Assembly (NCBI GenBank): GCA_963699255.1
Contig: OY969425.1
Coordinates: forward strand, 1,620,001 to 1,652,000
DNA from: an uncultured bacterium
GTDB lineage: Bacteria > Margulisbacteria > WOR-1 > CAVSGV01
Length of the DNA: 32,000 nucleotides
Reading direction: 5' to 3'
The notes beneath the pieces were generated by a model. That model ran no database searches. It was given only the letters and a program-made list of their open reading frames with translations, and had not been told where the DNA came from. Positions 1 to 7,861 of the stretch are shown piece after piece. Positions within the stretch are counted from its first letter, which is position 1; each line of letters opens with the position of its first letter. The position numbers were made by a program, and so were the translations under genes.

Positions 1-202
1 GCTGCTGCATTCGCATCCCATTGACGCAAAAGAACATGATGATTGTTTTGCCTGCAATTGGGATTCGTGCGTACAGGCAGCATCGAACACCCCTGAAATC
101 TTGCTCGCAATCACATTCCTTATGTTTATTTTTCTACTTCCTTCGACTTCTCATCATCAATTTATTGCCCCGTGTTTTTCCTCCCGAGCCCCTCCATTGT
201 CC

Positions 203-233
203 TAGTTGATCGGCCCGAATATTCAATCAACTA
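203..233. promoter_or_regulatory. Inverted repeat TAGTTGAT-N15-ATCAACTA just upstream of the porin-gene RBS; candidate operator or leader hairpin
   Basis: The arms at 203-210 and 226-233 are perfect reverse complements. A GGGAGG RBS lies at 238-243 and the ATG at 249. The regulatory function is inferred only. Confidence 0.25.
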
Positions 234-248
234 ACAAGGGAGGATACT

Positions 249-1315
249 ATGTCCAGGATAATGCTCTTATCGAGCATCTTAATAATATTATATTTTATGG
301 CATGTCCATACGTTCTTGCGGCAACGGATGTCAATTCGAAGTACGCGAACCCGGATATGTCCGTCAATTTTCTGACGCTCTATCAAAGCGGCAACAGGGG
401 TGGCAATTTAACGGATTTTCCGGGCGAGGCGAACGGGTTTTCATTGCAGGAAGCCGAACTGCAGTTCTTTTCGGACGTCGACCCGTATTTTCGCGCGAAT
501 GCTTTACTGTCCGTTAGCCAAAGCTCGCCGACCTCTGAATTCGGGATTGAGCCGGAAGAGGTTTTCGTTGAAACCACAAGCATACCCGATGTTACTTTCA
601 AGATAGGTAAGTTCAAGGCGTCGCTGGACCGGCAGAACCTGATGCACACTCACGCTCTTCCTTTCATTGACGCGTCGCTTATAGACCAAAGGATGGTAGG
701 CGACAGCCTGAACGAAGTCGGCGTTTCTGCGGCGGTCCTTATGCCCGTCAACTGGTTCAGCGAGGTGACGGTGCAGGCGCTCCAGGGACAGAACGAGATA
801 CTCTTCAACAGCACGAACAGGAACAGCCTGCCCAGCCTTCTTCACCTCAGAAATCTGTGGGACCTATCGGATGAGCTGACCATGGACTGGGGATTGACAG
901 GCCTTTACGGTGCAAACAGCTATGACAAGTACACGCATGTTTACGGTTCTGATGTTACTTTCAAGTGGCAGCCGCTCGAGGGCGGAAAATACAGGGCTCT
1001 CAACTTTACGCTGGAGTATTTGTCAGGCGATATATCCGGGGATCCTGACGGCGACTTCCTCAATGGAGCGTCGACATGGCTTCAGTACAAGTTCGCGGAG
1101 GAGTGGTGGGCGCAGACAAGATACGATTACGTCAACCAGCAGGGAGACATCCCGGCGCAGAGCAAGGAGAGCTACCTGATAGTTACTCCCCTTCGGAATT
1201 CTCCGGGTTCAGGCTTCAGTACGACCATCTGGACGATGGAATAAAACCCCCGGAAGACAAGATGTCTGTGCAGATGAACATCACGATCGGTGCGCATCCG
1301 GCGCATTCATATTAA
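249..1315 (+). CDS. Putative outer-membrane beta-barrel porin linked to the metal-uptake genes; reading frame broken near 1175-1190
   Basis: The N-terminus is signal-peptide-like (MSRIMLLSSILIILYFMACPYVLAA). The sequence is Gly/Tyr/Asp-rich with an alternating pattern typical of barrels. The main ORF 249-1244 ends in nonsense-looking sequence. ORF 1076-1315, in another frame, continues with SEFSGFRLQYDHL...VQMNITIGAHPAHSY and ends in an aromatic residue, as an OMP C-terminus does. Confidence 0.55.
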
Positions 1316-1331
1316 AAAGGAGGAATTTATC

Positions 1332-2252
1332 ATGGTAAATATTATTAAATGTTCTGTAGCCGCTCTTTGTCTCTTTGCGGTGATGGCATCCACATCACAG
1401 GCAGAAACAAAGCTTAACGTGGTCACCACTACGCCCGACCTGGCCGTTATCGTTTCCGAGGTCGGAGGAAACTATGTTTCCGTTCAATCTCTCGCAAAAG
1501 GCACGCAGGATCCCCACTTTCTGGAGGCAAAGCCTTCTTTCATGGTAAAGGTGAACCGCGCGGACTTGGTCGTTTCGACCGGCCTTGAGCTTGAGATAGG
1601 CTGGCTGCCTCCCATACTGCAGGGGGCGAGGAACCCGAAAGTCATGCCGGGAAGCGCCGGTTATTTTGAGGCCGGCCCGTTCATAACGCCGATCGAAGTG
1701 CCGACGGCCAAGGTCACAAGGGCTGAAGGCGATATACATCCTTTTGGAAATCCGCATTTCATGCTTGATCCGATACGCGCGGGGCAGGTAGCTGTAGCTA
1801 TCGCTTCCCGTCTCGGCGAACTGGATGCGGACCATGCGGCTGTCTATAAGGAGAACGCTGAAAAACTAAAAGCTCGACTGGATAAAAAAACAAAGGGCTG
1901 GCAGGCAAGGATCAAGAAAGCTGGAGTGAACAAGATCATCACTTATCACAAGACGCTTAATTATTTCTGTGACCGGTTCGGCATAGATAATCCGATCAAC
2001 CTTGAGCCGAAGCCGGGGATCCCGCCTACGGCGCAGCACATACTGGATGTCATAAATGTCGCGAAGGAACAGAAAATTAAATTGATCCTGGTCGAGAATT
2101 TCTATGACGCTTCATTTGCCGACAGGGTGGTCCGTGAGGTGCCCGGTTCCAGGGCCGTGAGCGTACCCGTGGAAGTAGGCGGAAGCCCCTCGATAAAAAC
2201 TCTGGATGACCTTTATGAATATCTGGTTTCTGTCATTGAAGGAGGCAAATAA
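1332..2252 (+). CDS. Metal ABC transporter substrate-binding protein (ZnuA/TroA/MntC cluster-9 family)
   Basis: An internal ATG at 1332 follows AAAGGAGG at 1316-1323. A signal peptide (MVNIIKCSVAALCLFAVMASTSQA) is present. DPHF and FGNPHFMLDP metal-site motifs are present. Metal specificity cannot be determined from the sequence. Confidence 0.85.
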   Translation: MVNIIKCSVAALCLFAVMASTSQAETKLNVVTTTPDLAVIVSEVGGNYVSVQSLAKGTQDPHFLEAKPSFMVKVNRADLVVSTGLELEIGWLPPILQGARNPKVMPGSAGYFEAGPFITPIEVPTAKVTRAEGDIHPFGNPHFMLDPIRAGQVAVAIASRLGELDADHAAVYKENAEKLKARLDKKTKGWQARIKKAGVNKIITYHKTLNYFCDRFGIDNPINLEPKPGIPPTAQHILDVINVAKEQKIKLILVENFYDASFADRVVREVPGSRAVSVPVEVGGSPSIKTLDDLYEYLVSVIEGGK

Positions 2253-2254
2253 TA

Positions 2255-3079
2255 ATGAAAGAAGCAGCACTTTTCCTTCTAGCCCCTTTTGTGATGTCGC
2301 TGATCCTGGCCGGGATCCACTGTTATCTGGGACTGCACGTACTTGAGAGGGGGATCATTTTTGTGGACCTGAGTCTTGCCCAGGTGGCGGCTTTCGGAAT
2401 TGCGCTGGGATTGCTGCTCGGCTTCCAGGTGCATTCATCGCCCGTTTACTTTTTGGCGCTCTTAATGACGTTCATCGCCTCCGGGGTATTTGCGCTCTCC
2501 CGGAGGCACGAGAGCGTATTCCCTCAAGAGGCGGTCATCGGTATCGTGTTCGCGCTGTCATCGGCCGCGGTTGTGGTGGCGGCGGAGAAGATGGCTCACG
2601 GCATGGAATACGTTAAGGACCTGCTGGCGGGGCAGATACTCTGGGTGACCTGGGGCGATGTTGCAAGGACAGCGTTCATCTATGCCATCGTCGGCGCCAT
2701 ACATTATATATATAGAAAACAATTCATTGACGCATCTTTCAATAAGGATGCTGAAGGGACGATGGTGTGGGATCTTCTGTTCTATGTCCTTTTCGGCATC
2801 GTGATAACATCGTCTGTGAGCATTGCGGGAGTTCTTCAGGTTTTTTCATATCTGATAGTGCCGTCCCTTATAAGCACTTATTTTTTCAAGACGATCAGAG
2901 AAAGATTGATGTTCGGGTGGGCTTTCGGCTTTGTAATGAGCTTTTTTGCTATGGCAGTTAGCTACAAATGGGATCTGCCGACAGGGCCGTTCATAGTTGT
3001 TTGCTTTGCGTCTGTGCCCGTCCTTCTTCTTATCTATACGTCTTTCAAATCGCTCATCGGATCGGTGAGTAAAATATGA
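2255..3079 (+). CDS. Metal ABC transporter permease (ZnuB/TroC family)
   Basis: 274 aa and polytopic. The N-terminus LAPFVMSLILAGIHCYLGLHVLERGIIFVDLSLAQVAA is typical of the family. It starts 2 nt after the binding-protein gene. Confidence 0.85.
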   Translation: MKEAALFLLAPFVMSLILAGIHCYLGLHVLERGIIFVDLSLAQVAAFGIALGLLLGFQVHSSPVYFLALLMTFIASGVFALSRRHESVFPQEAVIGIVFALSSAAVVVAAEKMAHGMEYVKDLLAGQILWVTWGDVARTAFIYAIVGAIHYIYRKQFIDASFNKDAEGTMVWDLLFYVLFGIVITSSVSIAGVLQVFSYLIVPSLISTYFFKTIRERLMFGWAFGFVMSFFAMAVSYKWDLPTGPFIVVCFASVPVLLLIYTSFKSLIGSVSKI

Positions 3080-3174
3080 GTTGAGGTAAATATTGATATA
3101 ATTTAAGCGTGATAGTGGCGGGAGTTCGGCTTCGCAGAGGCAAGCTCTGCTCTTATCTCACTCCAAGCCATATA

Positions 3175-3236
3175 AAACCCCCTCTCATTCTCCCCCTTAG
3201 TAAGGGGGAGATGTCCCAAAGGGACAGAAGGGGTTT
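3175..3236 (+). repeat. Nested palindromic element with two adjacent perfect hairpins enclosed by a 7-bp outer stem
   Basis: 3189-3211 (TCTCCCCCTTA-G-TAAGGGGGAGA) is a perfect 23-nt palindrome. 3212-3226 is TGTCCC-AAA-GGGACA. AAACCCC at 3175-3181 pairs with GGGGTTT at 3230-3236. The flanks out to about 3121-3270 are partly complementary. Confidence 0.6.
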
Positions 3237-3353
3237 GAGGTGAGGCGAAAAGAGCGAAGTTCATCTCCGCGAAATATAGATTTTTGCCTCATAATTAAGT
3301 GCATAAATTTTAATCACCACAACCATTTTCTTAATGAATTTATATCCTCCGGA

Positions 3354-3361
3354 TGTATAAT
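3354..3361 (+). promoter_or_regulatory. Candidate extended -10 promoter element (TGTATAAT) for kdpF
   Basis: TG-N-TATAAT lies 30 nt upstream of the kdpF ATG at 3391. A purine-rich RBS (AGAGAGG) lies at 3378-3384. I found no good -35. A second TGATATAAT occurs at 3094-3102. Confidence 0.25.
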
Positions 3362-3390
3362 AAAATTCAATTTTATAAGAGAGGCACATA

Positions 3391-3474
3391 ATGGAACTTT
3401 ATATTTCGGGAATAATTGCGGTCGCGATGCTGGCATATCTGATATATGCCATGTTCAATCCCGAGAAATTCTAA
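3391..3474 (+). CDS. kdpF: Potassium-transporting ATPase subunit F (KdpF), 27 aa
   Basis: I translated it by hand as MELYISGIIAVAMLAYLIYAMFNPEKF. It is a single TM helix with the KdpF-type YLxYAxxxPExF ending. It sits directly upstream of kdpA and is too short for the ORF track. Confidence 0.8.
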   Translation: MELYISGIIAVAMLAYLIYAMFNPEKF

Positions 3475-3480
3475 GGTGGA

Positions 3481-5173
3481 ATGATCATGACAGCCGAGAT
3501 TCTTCAAATAGCTATCTATATTATTGCGCTCATAGTGCTTACGCCGATCCTCGGTACCTACATGGCGAAAGTATTCGTGGGCGAGAGAACGTTCATGACG
3601 CCGCTGGTCAGACCGATCGAAAAAACGATCTATAGCGTATGCGGTGTTGATGAGAACGAAGGGATGGACTGGAAGATCTTATACGTGGGCGGTCATCCTC
3701 TTTCATATAGTCGGATTTATTTTTCTTTTTATCATGCAGATATTTCAGGCCTGGCTTCCGCTTAATCCCAACCATATGCCGAATGTCCCTTGGGATCTCG
3801 CCCTCAATACGACGGTCAGTTTTGTAACAAATACCAACTGGCAGGCATACGGAGGCGAAACCACTTTAAGTTATTTATCTCAGATGCTCGGGCTTACGGT
3901 CCAGAATTTCCTGAGCGCCGCGAAAGGCATGGCGGTTTTCCTGGCTTTCGCCAGAGGACTGACGAATAAGGGAATCTCGACGCTGGGCAACTTCTGGGTC
4001 GACCTTGTCCGTTCATTATTATATGTGCTTCTTCCGCTTTCGATCATGCTTTCGATATTTCTTGCCGGGCAGGGTGTCGTGCAGACTTTTTCACCGAATG
4101 TCACGGCCATGACGATCCAGGGCGAAAAGCAGGTCCTTCCGCTCGGTCCCGCGGCTTCACAGGTCGCGATAAAACAGCTCGGCACGAACGGCGGGGGTTA
4201 TTACAATGCGAACAGCGCACATCCTTATGAGAATCCCACTCCTTTATCCAATTTTTTTGAAATGCTCGCGATATTATTGATCCCGGCTGCCCTGGTATAT
4301 ACATACGGCATAATGATAAAAAATAGGAAACACGCCTGGCTGATATTTTGTGTAATGCTCGGCATATGGGCTTTCGGCCTTGGAATTTCAATGTGGTCGG
4401 AATACGGCACCGCAACCGTTAAGACGATCACCGCACTTGAAGGGCAGGAGACAAGGTTCGGAGTGACCAACAGCCTTATCTGGGCAACGGCTACTACGTC
4501 CGCATCGAACGGTTCGGTGAACGCAATGCATTCATCGCTTTCCCCCATAGCAGGCGGGATAGCGATATTCAATATGATGCTTGGGGAGATAATATTCGGC
4601 GGCGTGGGTTCCGGCCTGTATGGGATGATCCTTTTCGTGATCCTTACGGTATTCCTTGCCGGGCTGATGGTGGGGAGAACTCCCGAATACCTGGGAAAGA
4701 AGATAGAGCAAAGGGAGGTTAAGATGGTGATCGCGGGGATACTTCTGCCGTCGATCATTCTTCTTATCGGAGCGGGAGTATCCTGCGTTCTGCCGCAGGC
4801 GCTTTCGAGTTTGTCAGCTAAAGGGCCTCACGGCTTCAGCGAGATCCTGTATGCTTTCACATCCGCCTCGGAAAACAACGGCAGCGCTTTCGCGGGACTG
4901 AACGCGAACACGGTATATTTCAACATATTTTTGAGCATCGCGATGCTGATAGGAAGGTTCGGGGTCATGATCCCCGTAATGATGATCGCCGGGAGCATGG
5001 CGGCAAAGAAGATCGCGCCTTTTTCAAGCGGCACTTTTTCGACCGACGATACCTTATTCGCGGTCCTGCTTGTGGGAGTTATCATCATTGTGGGGGTACT
5101 TACATTTTTCCCTGCATTATCTTTAGGCCCACTCATTGAGCACCTGCTGATGATCAAAGGACGGGTATTTTAA
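3481..5173 (+). CDS. kdpA: Potassium-transporting ATPase subunit A (KdpA), interrupted by an apparent 1-nt frameshift near 3676
   Basis: The N-terminal 65 aa lie in ORF 3481-3765 (...[12 protein letters not shown]). The rest lies in ORF 3644-5173 ([10 protein letters not shown]...). [44 protein letters not shown] and [11 protein letters not shown] closely match canonical KdpA. Confidence 0.9.
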
Positions 5174-7263
5174 TGACAAAAGAACAAGCGATAGACCAGA
5201 AGAAACTGATGTCACAGGCCCTCATCGATTCTTTCATTAAACTTAATCCGAAAGAAGAGATGAGGAATCCGGTCATGTTCATGACGCTGGTCGGCGCGGT
5301 GATGACATCAGCATATTTTATCAGCTTCCTTTTCAATGGGATCTTCGCCTCATTCGATCTGTGGATAAGCATCTGGCTGTGGTTCACCGTGTTGTTCGCT
5401 AATTTCGCGGAAGCGATCGCCGAGGGAAGAGGGAAAGCGCAGGCGGAATCTTTAAAGAGATCAAGGTCCGAGGTATTCGCCAGGCTTCTCAAGGATAACA
5501 AAGAAACAAAGGTCCCGGCGGGGACACTGAAGAAAGGCGACATCGTTGTTTGCGAGGCTGATGACATCATTCCCGCTGACGGAGAGGTGATAGAAGGGAT
5601 CGCAAGCGTGAATGAAGCCGCGATCACAGGTGAATCGGCTCCAGTCATCAGAGAAAGCGGCGGAGACAGAAGCGCCGTGACGGGCGGAACAAAAGTGATA
5701 AGCGACAGGATAGTCGTGATGATATCGGCAAATCCCGGGGGCAATTTCATAGACAGGATGATAGCTCTTATCGAAGGGGCAAAACGCCACAAGACCCCGA
5801 ACGAGATCGCGTTAAGCATTGTGCTGTCCGGCCTTTCGATAATATTCCTTCTTGCTGTTGTAACGCTTAAGTTATTTGCCGATTACAGCGGAGCGGCCGC
5901 GGGCCAGGACCTGTCAAATATCGTTACGATCCCCGTTCTGATCGCGCTTTTGGTCTGCCTCATCCCCACGACCATCGGAGGACTTCTCAGTTCGATCGGG
6001 ATAGCCGGAATGGACAGGCTGATCAGAAGGCATGTGATAGCAAAAAGCGGAAGAGCCGTTGAGGCGGCCGGCGACATCGATGTGCTTTTGCTGGACAAGA
6101 CCGGAACGATCACGCTGGGCAACCGCATGGCCCATGAGTTCATCCCGTCAAAAGACACGGACGAAGTTAACCTCGCGGAAGTCGCTCAGCTGTCGTCATT
6201 ATCTGATGAGACCCCCGAAGGCAGGTCTATCGTGGTCCTTGCAAAGGACAAATACGGCTTGCGCGGGTCGAATTTCCGCGAAAATGAGGTCAAGTTCGTA
6301 CCTTTCTCGGCGAACACCAAGATGAGCGGCATCGATTTTATTGATAAGGACGGAAAGGTGACCCGTTCAATACGGAAAGGCGCGGTCGACGCGATAAAAT
6401 CATACGCGGAGTCGTTCAAAAGGAAATTCCCGGTAGAGCTTGAGGGAGTGGTGAAAAACATCAGCAACAGCGGCGGGACCCCGTTGGCCGTTGCGGATGA
6501 TTTCCGCGTTTACGGGATAATCCATCTTAAGGATATAGTAAAAGGCGGAATAAAGGAGCGCTTCAGGGAGCTGAGAAAAATGGGGATTAAGACCGTAATG
6601 ATAACCGGGGATAATCCTCTTACTGCCGCGGCGATTGCCGCCGAAGCCGGCGTTGATGACTTTATCGCGCAGGCAACGCCCGAATCCAAGCTAGAGCGCA
6701 TCAGAAGCGAGCAGTCGAACGGACATCTTGTGGCAATGACGGGGGATGGCACGAACGATGCCCCCGCTCTCGCGCAGGCTGATGTTGGAGTAACGATGAA
6801 CACGGGAACGCAGGCGGCAAGGGAGGCCGGGAACATGGTGGACCTGGAAAGCAATCCCACAAAACTCATAGAGATCGTAGAAATAGGCAAACAGCTTCTC
6901 ATGACCAGAGGTGCGCTGACAACCTTCAGCATAGCGAATGATGTCGCGAAATATTTCGCCATAATCCCGGCGATATTCGGGTCGCTTTATGCCGAAGCGG
7001 GCAGTCCCGGTCCGCTTTCGATATTGAACATAATGAGGCTCCACTCTCCGCAAAGCGCGATAATGAGCGCCGTCATATTCAATGCGCTGATAATAATCGC
7101 TCTGATACCGCTGGCTTTAAAGGGCGTCACTTACAGGAGCGAAAGCGCGTCAAAGCTTCTTAGAAGAAACCTTTTGATATATGGCTTAGGCGGACTGATA
7201 GCTCCTTTTGTCGGGATAAAGATATTGGATGTCATGCTGGTGGCGTCGGGAATAATGCGTTGA
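5173..7263 (+). CDS. kdpB: Potassium-transporting P-type ATPase subunit B (KdpB)
   Basis: 696 aa. It has the DKTGT phosphorylation motif, MITGDN, and the [10 protein letters not shown] hinge. Its start overlaps the kdpA stop. Confidence 0.97.
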   Translation: MTKEQAIDQKKLMSQALIDSFIKLNPKEEMRNPVMFMTLVGAVMTSAYFISFLFNGIFASFDLWISIWLWFTVLFANFAEAIAEGRGKAQAESLKRSRSEVFARLLKDNKETKVPAGTLKKGDIVVCEADDIIPADGEVIEGIASVNEAAITGESAPVIRESGGDRSAVTGGTKVISDRIVVMISANPGGNFIDRMIALIEGAKRHKTPNEIALSIVLSGLSIIFLLAVVTLKLFADYSGAAAGQDLSNIVTIPVLIALLVCLIPTTIGGLLSSIGIAGMDRLIRRHVIAKSGRAVEAAGDIDVLLLDKTGTITLGNRMAHEFIPSKDTDEVNLAEVAQLSSLSDETPEGRSIVVLAKDKYGLRGSNFRENEVKFVPFSANTKMSGIDFIDKDGKVTRSIRKGAVDAIKSYAESFKRKFPVELEGVVKNISNSGGTPLAVADDFRVYGIIHLKDIVKGGIKERFRELRKMGIKTVMITGDNPLTAAAIAAEAGVDDFIAQATPESKLERIRSEQSNGHLVAMTGDGTNDAPALAQADVGVTMNTGTQAAREAGNMVDLESNPTKLIEIVEIGKQLLMTRGALTTFSIANDVAKYFAIIPAIFGSLYAEAGSPGPLSILNIMRLHSPQSAIMSAVIFNALIIIALIPLALKGVTYRSESASKLLRRNLLIYGLGGLIAPFVGIKILDVMLVASGIMR

Positions 7264-7276
7264 ATAAGGATAGACA

Positions 7277-7852
7277 ATGAAAACATTAAGAACTTGTTTG
7301 ATGATATTTGCCACGACCGTTATATTAACGGGACTGATATATCCAGCCTTTATAACGATAATATCTCAAACCGCTTTCAAAGAAAAAGCTCAAGGAAGCA
7401 TTGTAAATGCCAATGGTAAAATGATCGGCTCATATCTGATCGCGCAAAAATTCGATAAGGACGGATATTTTTGGCCACGCCCATCGGCGGTCAGTTATGA
7501 TCCAATGCCTTCAGGAGGAAGCAATCTATCCGCGACAAGCAAGACTTTACAGGATACGATAAAAAAAAGAAAAAGGATATTGCTTTCGTCTGACAGAACA
7601 AAGAAAGAAATGCAGATACCGTCCGACATGATATATGCTTCCGGCTCCGGCCTTGACCCGCACATAAGCCCGGCTTCCGCCGTTTTTCAGGCGGACCGCG
7701 TCGCAAAAGCGAGGCGTATGGAAAAGGCAAATCTCATTGAGCTGATAATTAAGGCGACTGAAAAAAGAGACTTTTTGATCTTTGGCGAACCCAGGGTGAA
7801 CGTATTGAAGCTGAATCTGCTTTTGGATTCCACGGGGAAAAGAGTAAAATGA
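7277..7852 (+). CDS. kdpC: Potassium-transporting ATPase subunit C (KdpC)
   Basis: 191 aa with an N-terminal TM helix. GGSNLSATS, ASGSGLDPHISPASA and RVAKAR motifs are typical of KdpC. Confidence 0.9.
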   Translation: MKTLRTCLMIFATTVILTGLIYPAFITIISQTAFKEKAQGSIVNANGKMIGSYLIAQKFDKDGYFWPRPSAVSYDPMPSGGSNLSATSKTLQDTIKKRKRILLSSDRTKKEMQIPSDMIYASGSGLDPHISPASAVFQADRVAKARRMEKANLIELIIKATEKRDFLIFGEPRVNVLKLNLLLDSTGKRVK

Positions 7853-7861
7853 AAGGGAAGT

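Noticed and set aside
1-209. Reading frames open to the window edge: + frame 2 (to the stop at 203-205, Cys/His-rich then hydrophobic), + frame 3 (ORF 21-209) and a minus-strand frame.
   Set aside because: Several frames are open at once and none has a recognisable motif. I cannot tell which, if any, is the 3' or 5' end of a real gene.
206-517. 103-aa + strand ORF overlapping the start of the porin gene.
   Set aside because: It is out of frame with the better-supported 249-1244 ORF, has no signal peptide or motif, and is most likely a shadow ORF.
3113-3390. Possible c-di-AMP (ydaO-type) riboswitch upstream of kdp. Such riboswitches precede kdp in some bacteria, and GGGGGA...CCCA and GGGGTTTGA strings occur here.
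   Set aside because: I could not find the conserved ydaO core segments (for example the ACCUCGUAAGCG-like 3' region) or its pseudo-two-fold architecture. Only a covariance-model scan could settle it.
3240-3635. 131-aa ORF spanning kdpF and the start of kdpA.
   Set aside because: It overlaps two well-supported genes in another frame, has a low-complexity translation and no RBS.
5154-5819. 221-aa antisense ORF inside kdpB, one of several similar long antisense ORFs (10160-10711, 15947-16624, 21273-21899, 22703-23356, 23578-24129 and 24484-25074).
   Set aside because: Each lies fully within a strongly supported gene on the opposite strand. The translations are Ser/Pro/Arg-rich without motifs, which is typical of shadow ORFs in moderately GC-rich coding DNA.
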